Of a DNA stretch of 17,921 bases, positions 1 to 7,330 are shown one piece after another. The notes beneath the pieces are model-generated. The model saw only the letters and a program-made list of their open reading frames with translations, made no database searches and was not told the DNA's origin. Position 1 is the stretch's first letter; each line of letters opens with the position of its first letter. Both the position numbers and the translations under genes were made by a program. This DNA is from Hadesarchaea archaeon (lineage in GTDB: Archaea > Hadarchaeota > Hadarchaeia > Hadarchaeales > Hadarchaeaceae), in contig JAUXAS010000009.1 in the NCBI GenBank assembly GCA_030619825.1, forward strand, positions 1-17,921. Reading direction: 5' to 3'.

Positions 1-624
1 AGCGGGGGCCTCAACCGCCCCAGTCCATGTCTCTATCAGCTGCCATCCGGCTGGGGCTTCAACCGTTCCGGTCCACGTTTCGATCAATTGCCATTCGGCT
101 GGGGCTTCAACGGCGCCGGTCCAAGTCTCAATGAGCTGCCATACAACAGGAGCTTCGACCGTCCCGGTCCATGTTTCGATGAGCTGCCATTCAGCGGGTG
201 CCTCGATCGTTCCCGTCCAAGTCTCGATGAGCTGCCATTCAGCGGGGGCTTCAACCGTCCCGGTCCATGTCTCTATCAGCTGCCATTCGGCAGGCGCCTC
301 GATCGTTCCCGTCCATGTTTCGATGAGTTGCCATACGACAGGCGCCTCAACGGTGCCAGTCCATGTCTCGATGAGTTGCCATACGACGGGAGCTTTGACC
401 GTGCCAGTCCATGTTTCAATCAATTGCCACGCAGCGGGTGCCTCAACCGTTCCTGTCCAGGTTTCGATGAGTTGCCATTCGGCAGGGGCACTAACGGTAC
501 CAGTCCATGTTTCGATGACCTGCCAGACTACGGGAGCACTGATCGTTCCCGTCCACGACTCCACCACTTGCCATTCAACTGGTGCACTAACGGTGCCAGT
601 CCATGTTTCGATCAGGCCCCACGC
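1..624 (-). repeat. 13 tandem 48-bp (16-aa) coding repeats, consensus PAEWQLIETWTGTVEA
   Basis: Period-48 recurrence of ccatgt(t/c)tcgat...tgcca on the + strand, with many synonymous differences between units. Continues off the left edge. Confidence 0.95.
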
Positions 625-2499
625 ACCCACCACCACCTCGAAAGTCCACGTGTTCTCGGACCAGTTGTCGCCTTGGGCGTTGCGCGCGCAGACCTTCCAG
701 TAGTAGTTGTCCGGCGGCAGCTCAGTCGTCGGGGTGAAGGAATTATCGCCGATTATCGTGTTGTCTATCGCGTTTTCCCCATCCGCGAAGTTCGGATCGT
801 TGTCGACCACCAGCCTGTGGTTCTCCGCGTTCGTCCCGTTCTCCCACTCGAAGTAAGGGGTGTTGTCGTAGGTCTTGGTAGCGTTCTCGGGCAGGTAGAG
901 CACGGGCTTGCCGGGTGGTACGGCAGAAGGGGCTACGTCAAGAGAAGTGTTATCGACCCAAGCAAACACCTGATTAGTCTCATTGGGGTTTTCCAAGTCC
1001 ATCAAAAACCGAAACTCATAAGTCCCACTTTCATCGAAATACGAAGAAACATCCGTAGGACCAACAGATGTCCAATCAATATCTCCTGTCTGAGTATCCT
1101 CCCAAATTCTCACCGCATTGACCCAATCGCCACCACCACTCGGCTTTAATATTTCTGCTGCTACCGTCTGTGTTACGGGCCCCACCACAGTTGTGTGTGA
1201 TTTCTTCCACCACAAACTAAGCTTGACGGTATCGGTCGAGTTTATCGTCGTGGAAATGGTCTGGGTCGCGGTTCCGGTCTTTGCGTTGTTCCTCTTCGCA
1301 TCCGTCTCTGTCTCGATGGAGCCAGCCGTATCCTGATATGTCGCGCCATCGTAAACGGTAACATCCAAAGTCCAGCCGTCCGCATTGTTGGTGAAGCTCG
1401 GGTTCGTGAGATACTCGCTTGGGTCAGCAACGATAACCCTCCAGTCATCACCGATCGCGCTTCCCCCCCGATAGATCAGCTCAGAACGGAAGTAGTACTT
1501 GGTCGGCGGTAAGGTTCGTTGTGGAGATCTGAGTACATAGGATCTAGAAACGGAATCACTGACCGCGCCAACGTCCCACTCTATCTTGTTGTAATCTTCA
1601 TCGTGAATGCTGACGATCCCTCCATTCGCGTCGGTCACGGTCCAATCGCTCGGGAAGTAATCAGCTAGGGTCGCGTTGTCCACCTGGCTTGAAACGGTCG
1701 CGGTGATCGTCATGTTCACGGGGGAGAGAGGTGGCACTTTGTGCTGACCTACCCTGTCTCCGGATAATCGCCTATCGAACGTTACCTCAATGACAACTTG
1801 GTTATCCGTGGCCTGATTCTCGAGTATAACTCCCGTCCAAATCTCGACGGGTTGCCAAGCAGCTTGGGCTCCAACGAACCCAGTCCAAGTCTCAATGATA
1901 ACATGAGTTTCCGATATTTGGTTATCGATGGGTTGATTCTCAGGTACAACTTGGTTCTCGGGCACAACTTGGTTATCGGCTATCTGGTTATCTGGTACAA
2001 TTTGGTTATCAGCTATTTGATTATCGGTGGGCTGATTCTCGGGTGCAACTTGGTTATCGGGGGACTGATTCTCAGGTACAACTTGGTTATCGGCTATCTG
2101 GTTATCGGTGGGCTGATTCTCGGGCACAGCTTGGCTATCGGTTATTTGATTATCAGTGGGCTGATTCTCAGGTACAACTTGGTTCTCGGGGGGCTGATTC
2201 TCGAGCACAGCTTGGTTATCGGTTATCTGGTTATCGGGTACAACTTGGTTATCAGTTATTTGGTTATCAAGAGGCTGATCCCCAGATATTTGGTTATCCG
2301 TGACCGCCGCTTGGTAATCCGTTAGCTGGTTCTCCACTATCTCATTCTCCACAAGTTGGGCCCCAGCGTCTTGCGTGCTGGTAATTATGGCCGCTACGGG
2401 CGGGTTGAGGTGGAGAACCACAAACATGAATAGCACTACTACCGCACCTGCCCTCTGCCTCAAGCTCGGCTTCGCCCAGCTCCCTAGCTCACTACCCAC
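1..2499 (-). CDS. Large secreted/cell-surface repeat protein, 3'-truncated by the window edge (>=833 aa). Order: signal/TM segment, [D/E]NQ repeat region, DUF11/Ig-like domain, CBM-like beta-sandwich, FN3-like domain, 16-aa Trp repeats
   Basis: Not in the ORF track because its stop lies outside the window. Manual translation shows no stop from 2499 to 1. N-terminus (GTG 2499; alternatives 2508, 2463) is MGSELGSWAKPSLRQRAGAVVVLFMFVVLHLNPPVAA. FN3-like segment PGKPVLYLPENAT...TPYFEW...YYWKVCARNAQGDNWSENTWTF. Start overlaps the stop of the upstream wHTH gene. Domain names are by motif resemblance. Confidence 0.9.
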   Translation of the reverse strand, partial: MGSELGSWAKPSLRQRAGAVVVLFMFVVLHLNPPVAAIITSTQDAGAQLVENEIVENQLTDYQAAVTDNQISGDQPLDNQITDNQVVPDNQITDNQAVLENQPPENQVVPENQPTDNQITDSQAVPENQPTDNQIADNQVVPENQSPDNQVAPENQPTDNQIADNQIVPDNQIADNQVVPENQVVPENQPIDNQISETHVIIETWTGFVGAQAAWQPVEIWTGVILENQATDNQVVIEVTFDRRLSGDRVGQHKVPPLSPVNMTITATVSSQVDNATLADYFPSDWTVTDANGGIVSIHDEDYNKIEWDVGAVSDSVSRSYVLRSPQRTLPPTKYYFRSELIYRGGSAIGDDWRVIVADPSEYLTNPSFTNNADGWTLDVTVYDGATYQDTAGSIETETDAKRNNAKTGTATQTISTTINSTDTVKLSLWWKKSHTTVVGPVTQTVAAEILKPSGGGDWVNAVRIWEDTQTGDIDWTSVGPTDVSSYFDESGTYEFRFLMDLENPNETNQVFAWVDNTSLDVAPSAVPPGKPVLYLPENATKTYDNTPYFEWENGTNAENHRLVVDNDPNFADGENAIDNTIIGDNSFTPTTELPPDNYYWKVCARNAQGDNWSENTWTFEVVVGAWGLIETWTGTVSAPVEWQVVESWTGTISAPVVWQVIETWTGTVSAPAEWQLIETWTGTVEAPAAWQLIETWTGTVKAPVVWQLIETWTGTVEAPVVWQLIETWTGTIEAPAEWQLIETWTGTVEAPAEWQLIETWTGTIEAPAEWQLIETWTGTVEAPVVWQLIETWTGAVEAPAEWQLIETWTGTVEAPAGWQLIETWTGAVEAPA
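1798..2352 (-). repeat. About 28 coding 5/6-aa repeats ending in [D/E]NQ (ITDNQ, PTDNQ, VVPENQ)
   Basis: ttggttatc / ctgattctc recur every 15-18 bp. Translation includes VVPENQ PTDNQ ITDSQ AVPENQ PTDNQ IADNQ. Confidence 0.95.
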
Positions 2500-2809
2500 C
2501 GAGCTCACTCTCCCTAGTTGTGACGGGTTGCCGGGAAACAAGGCTCTCAACACTTACCTCATTGCCAGCCTCCCTCAGCAGGCCCGTGAAGTACCTGATC
2601 CCGCTTGCGGTGAGCTTGCAGAGCTTTCGGGGCCGCCCTCGGATGAAACGGGGTTCCAGCTCGACCTTGATGAACCCCAAAAGCTCGAAACGCTTGAATA
2701 ATCGCGAAATTTTCCAAGAAGGGAGCCCCGTGGATAGGCAGAGATCGGTCTGACTAATCCTACCGTTTGAAAGGAGCTCCCTTCCTAGTGTACAGACAGG
2801 CGATTCCAT
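2492..2809 (-). CDS. Winged helix-turn-helix transcriptional regulator (MarR/ArsR-like)
   Basis: ISQTDLCLSTGLPSWKISRLFKRFELLGFIKVE...GRPRKLCKLTASG is an HTH plus GRP wing. ATG 2809 is preceded by GGTGG. The track start at 2848 is possible. Confidence 0.8.
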   Translation of the reverse strand: MESPVCTLGRELLSNGRISQTDLCLSTGLPSWKISRLFKRFELLGFIKVELEPRFIRGRPRKLCKLTASGIRYFTGLLREAGNEVSVESLVSRQPVTTRESELGG

Positions 2810-2950
2810 TGATGGCCACCAATTTTTCGCCATTTTCCAGCACTTCAATCTCGGTTTTCGGCGCGCTTAAGGCGGAAAAGCTAATCCAGCCATCACGGAC
2901 CATCCCGAAACCCTCAAAAACGAACTGGCCCACTCGCCCAGACTAGCCCA

Positions 2951-2980
2951 TATCGGATTTTTCCGAAACCTTTTTAATAA
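2951..2980. promoter_or_regulatory. Palindromic site TCGGA-TTTT-TCCGA next to a BRE/TATA-like sequence (copy 1)
   Basis: TATCGGATTTTTCCGAAACCTTTTTAATAA; 2951-2973 matches 4488-4510 at 22/23. Confidence 0.65.
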
Positions 2981-3113
2981 AACTCAACTATCCAACGATG
3001 AACAAAAATGATCAAAAAGAACGATCATCAGCAATTAGAGACGACAAGAAGTTAGATTGATATTTCTTTTTGTTGGATGGAAGCCCTTCGCTACTCGAAA
3101 TTAGCCGCGGAAC

Positions 3114-3575
3114 TCATTCAGCCGCGTATATCACGCCGATCACGAGACCATGAACGTTTCCTTCTGGAACCCAATTAGGATCGGGCTCCGAGAGATTGTC
3201 CCCTTTGGCTATGAACCGATATTCTCCATACGTCATCCCCACTTCGATTATCCTGTGAACTATGTTGTCATACCCTGGCCTAGTCGGGTGTTTGTAAATG
3301 ATGATGTCGCCCACCCCGAGATTCTCCCCCTCGACCTCGACCCAAAGGACCACATCGCCCTCCCCGAACGTCGGCTCCATGCTGGTCCCGCTAATGACGG
3401 AGTAGGAGATCCTTCGGTCGAGGTATGCCTCGTATCCGTGGAAGATCTCCGTCCTCTCATACGTGTTATCGTAGGGTATGCTCTCGTGAGGTTTCGACCC
3501 AGAGCTGAACCATCCAATTCCCATAGCGATAAGAGCGACGATCAACGCGAGGATCGCTATCCCTTTTCTATCCAA
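3114..3575 (-). CDS. sec11: Signal peptidase I, archaeal/ER (S26B, Sec11/SipW-like) type
   Basis: N-terminal TM; SGTSMEPTF (catalytic Ser), VGDIIIY, IVHRII (His), KGDN...PD motifs. AGGTG RBS before the TTG start. Confidence 0.9.
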   Translation of the reverse strand: MDRKGIAILALIVALIAMGIGWFSSGSKPHESIPYDNTYERTEIFHGYEAYLDRRISYSVISGTSMEPTFGEGDVVLWVEVEGENLGVGDIIIYKHPTRPGYDNIVHRIIEVGMTYGEYRFIAKGDNLSEPDPNWVPEGNVHGLVIGVIYAAE

Positions 3576-3642
3576 ATTTCACACCTTTCAACATAGTGGT
3601 CGTCCCGATGAGATATAAGTCGTTAGCTAACGCTAATCCGAT

Positions 3643-3659
3643 AAAAAAGGAAAAAGGAG
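3643..3659 (-). terminator. Oligo-T archaeal terminator candidate for the 3677-4405 gene
   Basis: Minus strand CTCCTTTTTCCTTTTTT, about 20 bp after the stop. Confidence 0.5.
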
Positions 3660-3676
3660 TATGGAAGGTAAAGCCC

Positions 3677-4405
3677 TTACTTGTAGCAGTAGTAGGTCAC
3701 GGTCAGATCGATGTTTTCGCCAGCTCCAAGTTTATAACCGTTGCCGCCGTTGTCGAATAAGTGGTTCACACGAAGCCAGTCAGTTGGTCCATCACTATCG
3801 AATAAGTATCTCTTTCCTGTACCGAGGGTGTTCTCATCGTCGCTGAATGCGTTGCTGATGACCAACCTAACGTACATGTTCTCCTTGTTGACATAGGCCA
3901 TGTTATCAGTGTGCCCCTTAACAGCAACAACAATATCGAAGTAATTTTCGTAGGGGATGTTCTCAGCGGGTAGCTCAGTATCTTCAATGACGGCGGTGTT
4001 CCCCTGATAGACCTGAAGGTTTTCGTGCCCACTCAAGTCCGCGCTGTTATCGAACAGGCCATGCTGCATGATGTAGACGTTCTCTATCCCTGAGGTAGTT
4101 GGTATCCCACCAGCAAAGGCGATCCCTGGGGCTGTTGGTACACTTATAGTGGCGGGCTGTCCGGGCGGAGGCACTTCTCCTGCAGGGACCCCGTAGAGAG
4201 CCCATGCTCCAATCGCTGCTACTATTATGATGACCGCTACGGTTGCCCAAGGAAGTTTACTAGTCATTTCTTTTTCATCTCCTTTTCTTATTATCCTAGG
4301 TGCCCCTACAGTTCCGAGATAATCCATTCTCCCCTTACAGCGCGGGCATTCTTTTGGTTGCGGAATCTTCGACTTCCACTCATATCCACATCGGGGGCAC
4401 TTCAT
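3677..4405 (-). CDS. Membrane-anchored/secreted protein with N-terminal C4 zinc ribbon, TM/signal segment, Pro-rich linker and beta-rich exodomain
   Basis: CPRC-x14-CPRC, then WATVAVIIIVAAIGAWALY. Second in-frame ATG at 4267 preceded by AAGGAGA. Confidence 0.85.
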   Translation of the reverse strand: MKCPRCGYEWKSKIPQPKECPRCKGRMDYLGTVGAPRIIRKGDEKEMTSKLPWATVAVIIIVAAIGAWALYGVPAGEVPPPGQPATISVPTAPGIAFAGGIPTTSGIENVYIMQHGLFDNSADLSGHENLQVYQGNTAVIEDTELPAENIPYENYFDIVVAVKGHTDNMAYVNKENMYVRLVISNAFSDDENTLGTGKRYLFDSDGPTDWLRVNHLFDNGGNGYKLGAGENIDLTVTYYCYK

Positions 4406-4487
4406 GGTTGATACTCTTGAATAACGCCATTTAAAGCTTTGCTAATCTTGCTACTATTATGATTATGACTATGTTTTTGTATATATT

Positions 4488-4515
4488 TATCGGGTTTTTC
4501 CGAAACCTTTAATAA
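4488..4515 (+). promoter_or_regulatory. Palindromic site TCGG-N6-CCGA overlapping BRE/TATA (CGAAACC-TTTAATAA) of the 4540 gene (copy 2); divergent promoter region
   Basis: TATA-like box about 25 bp before ATG 4540 (leaderless spacing). An AT-rich TATA-like box for the minus-strand gene is at 4480-4490. Confidence 0.7.
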
Positions 4516-4539
4516 GAAGAGTTCAAAATTCGTTAGTGT

Positions 4540-5178
4540 ATGAAGGTGAAAAAGGTTGATCGCGTTCTCCGCGAGATTCTTTACCGGGTCTACGAGCGGA
4601 ACGAGTCGTTCATGAGCCAAAAATCGCTGGCTCAGACATGCGGGCTGTCAATGGATACCGCCAACCGCCTCGTGGCGAAGCTCAACCAGTTCCGCGCGAT
4701 CGAGAAGAAGCCGCTCGGGTTCAGAGTGGTGGACCCAAAGAAGATCCTCTCCTACTGGGCAAGCACCCGAAACCTGGCCAGCGATATCGTTTACAGCACG
4801 TACTCGCCCGACTCGGTGTCGAAGATCGAGAGCGAGCTCCCTCCAGGGTCCATTTTCACTGCATACTCGGGCTACCGGCTCAAGTTCAATGAAACTCCAA
4901 CCCATTACGAGGAGATTTTCGTCTACGCCGACCCAGATGAGGTGCGACGGAAGTTCCCGGAATCGGATGTGGAGCGGCGCAACCTGTTCGTGTTGAGGCA
5001 GGACCCCCACCTCGAGCGCGTGGGTAAGGATGGAACTGCAACGCTCGCCCAGCTCTACATCGACCTCTGGCAGATCGGGGGCGCCACGGCCGACCGATTC
5101 ATCCTAGAACTAGAGAAACGACTCGAGCCTAGGTCGATCGAAGCCCTGAAGATGCTGGCGCGGAAGGGAAGTTCCTGA
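4540..5178 (+). CDS. wHTH regulator with AbiEi-like (type IV antitoxin-like) C-terminal domain
   Basis: MSQKSLAQTCGLSMDTANRLVAKL HTH; DPKKILSYWA, FTAYSGY and ATLAQLYIDLW resemble archaeal AbiEi-type proteins. Confidence 0.7.
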   Translation: MKVKKVDRVLREILYRVYERNESFMSQKSLAQTCGLSMDTANRLVAKLNQFRAIEKKPLGFRVVDPKKILSYWASTRNLASDIVYSTYSPDSVSKIESELPPGSIFTAYSGYRLKFNETPTHYEEIFVYADPDEVRRKFPESDVERRNLFVLRQDPHLERVGKDGTATLAQLYIDLWQIGGATADRFILELEKRLEPRSIEALKMLARKGSS

Positions 5179-5189
5179 TTTTTCCCGTC

Positions 5190-5870
5190 TCACTTCGAAG
5201 TTATTCCATTAGCGATGTCTAACATCGCCGCTCGGGGGTTGGGGGCCTTCACCACACTTGATGCGAGGAGCACACCCTCGGCGTCCAGCTCCAGCGCGAT
5301 CCGCACGTCCTCGCCGCTTGTTATCCCCGCGCCGCAAAGCACTCGTACCCCTGGGTTGACCTCATGCACGAGCTTGACCGCGTCGCTCACGACCTCAGGT
5401 TTGACTTTAGAAACAGCTCGCCCAGTCCCTATCAGCTCGGGGGGCTCGACCGCGACCATGTTGGGCTTGAATGCCGTAACCCGCTTACAAACCTCTGGAT
5501 CCCTCGCGCAGACGACGCTCGTTAGCTCCAACTCTCGCAGGCGCCTCACCACTTGCTCGATTTCCTCAGGCTGAAGCTGGTGCTCCGAGTGATTGATCAA
5601 CGAACCAACTGCCCCCGTTTCCTTCGCCGTCTCCGCCAACAGCCATCCCGTGTGGGCACCTGGAGTGATGGGATCGATGTGCTGCGCGAGCACCGGAATA
5701 TCAATTTGACTCGCGACCCGGTAAATATCGAGGTTCTGAGGGGCAACCGCGACGCTTATCCCCTTTTCCTTGGCCACCGAGGCGATCGTCTTGGCAAGCT
5801 CCACCGCTCGCTCGCCCACTGATTGAGGGTAGGTCTTGAAGTTCACGATCACGATCGGGGTTTTCAGCAA
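5190..5870 (-). CDS. tpiA: Triosephosphate isomerase (archaeal type)
   Basis: VNFKTY, AQHID, LINHSE, AVEPPELIGTG, LCGAGI, GVLLAS motifs. TTG 5870 follows a GGTGGCGG RBS. Confidence 0.97.
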   Translation of the reverse strand: MLKTPIVIVNFKTYPQSVGERAVELAKTIASVAKEKGISVAVAPQNLDIYRVASQIDIPVLAQHIDPITPGAHTGWLLAETAKETGAVGSLINHSEHQLQPEEIEQVVRRLRELELTSVVCARDPEVCKRVTAFKPNMVAVEPPELIGTGRAVSKVKPEVVSDAVKLVHEVNPGVRVLCGAGITSGEDVRIALELDAEGVLLASSVVKAPNPRAAMLDIANGITSK

Positions 5871-5900
5871 ACCGCCACCGCACGAACTTGGAGCCAATCC

Positions 5901-5913
5901 TATAAATTATTTA
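5901..5913. promoter_or_regulatory. Compact bidirectional TATA region for divergent tpiA and MFS genes
   Basis: TATAAATTATTTA lies about 25-30 bp from both starts in a 66-bp intergenic gap. Confidence 0.55.
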
Positions 5914-5936
5914 GCACTGCCCGTCGACTCTCGACC

Positions 5937-7055
5937 ATGCGCCAATTACTCACAGGCATGCTCCTCCTAGCAATTTCGATGGGAATGGCCGGACTAGCGC
6001 TGCCCCTATACGCGAAGGACCTAGGGGCGAGCTATACCGAGATCGGAATGCTCGGCGTGGCATATGTGGTCTTTTTAATCCTCTTCTCGGTGCCGGTTGG
6101 GCGCGCGGGCGATCGTCGAGGCAGAAAGCCCCTCCTCGTGCTCGGGTTCTTCCTTACAGCATGTGCGCTGGCCCTCTACTCCCTCGTGGACGTAGTAATC
6201 TGGCTCATTGCCCTCCGATTCTTCCAAGGGGCGACCGAGGCGCCGATATGGGTCAACGCCCAGAGCGCGGTCGCTGATCTCTCGGGGCGGGGCGAGCGGG
6301 GGCGAGCGATGGGTACCTACGGGACTTCCTGGGCGATTGGTTTCGGGATAGGGCCGTTCATGGGCGGGGTCCTCTATGCAACCATCGGAGCTGCGCAAAC
6401 TTTCCTGCTGAGCGCGCTCGTCGCGTTCATCGCCACCGCCATCATCGCGGGGATGCACTTGCCCAAACCCAAACTCGTGGCAAGAAAGTTACGGCTGCGC
6501 AGCATCTGGCCCGCGTGCTTCGTGGGACTCATTTATGCTGGCATCGTGTCAGTCATCTTCCTTCTTTTCCCAGTCTACGCTTTCAAAGCACAGCCTGAAG
6601 GAGGGCTAGGCATGTCAGAAGTTGAGATCGGCCTCCTCATCGCGCTCTTCGCAGGAATTCGGGCGGCGCTTCTCGTGCCCATGGGAAGCCTCTCGGACCG
6701 CATCGGCCACCGCTCGATCATCTTGGCCGGGATGTTTGGATCCGCGCTCGCCTTGGCTGGCATCGCGCTTGTCTCCGGATACTTGGCGCTCGCGGTCATC
6801 ATCTCCATCATGGCCGCTGCCGAAGGGGCGATCTACCCCGCAGTGATGAGCATGATCTCGAAGGCCGGCGAGGGAAAAAATCTGGGCTATGTGATTGGGA
6901 TCTTCAACGCCGTAACCATGGTGGGGTGGGGGCTGTTCCCGGGAGTGGGTGGGGCGCTCGCCGACGTCTATGGCCCGACCTCGCCCTACCTGATGTGCGC
7001 GGTGGTTGCTCTCGTCGCGTCGGTGCTGCTCTGGAAGCTGCTTCCGAAGGGGTAG
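5937..7055 (+). CDS. MFS transporter (DHA1-like)
   Basis: About 12 hydrophobic segments; motif A GRAGDRRGRK and GSLSDRIGHR; RFFQG; ERGRAMG. Likely start ATG 5937. Confidence 0.93.
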   Translation: MRQLLTGMLLLAISMGMAGLALPLYAKDLGASYTEIGMLGVAYVVFLILFSVPVGRAGDRRGRKPLLVLGFFLTACALALYSLVDVVIWLIALRFFQGATEAPIWVNAQSAVADLSGRGERGRAMGTYGTSWAIGFGIGPFMGGVLYATIGAAQTFLLSALVAFIATAIIAGMHLPKPKLVARKLRLRSIWPACFVGLIYAGIVSVIFLLFPVYAFKAQPEGGLGMSEVEIGLLIALFAGIRAALLVPMGSLSDRIGHRSIILAGMFGSALALAGIALVSGYLALAVIISIMAAAEGAIYPAVMSMISKAGEGKNLGYVIGIFNAVTMVGWGLFPGVGGALADVYGPTSPYLMCAVVALVASVLLWKLLPKG

Positions 7056-7179
7056 TGGTGCCGGGGGCGGGGATCGAACCCGCGAACCTCAGGATTTCTC
7101 ACATCATCTCGTGATCAGCACTCACAACCGACGATCAGGTTATGAGTCCTGCGCTCTAACCAGGCTGAGCTACCCCGGC
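7056..7179 (-). tRNA. tRNA-Met(CAT), elongator type, with 45-nt intron at 37/38 (7096-7140) and encoded CCA
   Basis: GCCGGGG acceptor, GCTC/GAGC D-stem, CAGGA-CTCATA^A-TCCTG anticodon arm, GCGGG-TTCGATC-CCCGC T-arm, ACCA end. BHB central helix CTCA/TGAG. Confidence 0.95.
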
Positions 7180-7330
7180 AAGTTAGAAATCTGCGCCCTC
7201 AATTTTAACTTTAACGTCGCGCGAGTGATAAACGTTTGACATGCTTCGCCGCCTCGACCACTTCACACCTTCACTCGACTGCGCTACAAGTTTTTAAATA
7301 ACCCAACCTATATTGAAGAATGGTGAACTC

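Noticed and set aside
1..624. 48-bp periodicity as a possible CRISPR array
   Set aside because: Units are contiguous with no unique spacers, variation is codon-structured, and no cas genes are present.
88..1149. Plus-strand ORFs 88-1149, 131-703, 1798-2325 and 2043-2303 with repetitive translations
   Set aside because: Antisense shadows of the repeat-rich minus-strand gene, which has a signal segment, recognisable domains and synonymous-site variation.
2760..3060. Short ORFs (47 aa on the minus strand from 2903; 20 aa on the plus strand from 2998)
   Set aside because: No recognisable motif; the first overlaps the wHTH gene. Cannot be supported without homology or expression data.
7053..7058. 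MFS stop codon directly abutting the tRNA-Met CCA as an integration scar
   Set aside because: No duplicate of the tRNA-Met 3' end in the window; consistent with simple genome compaction.
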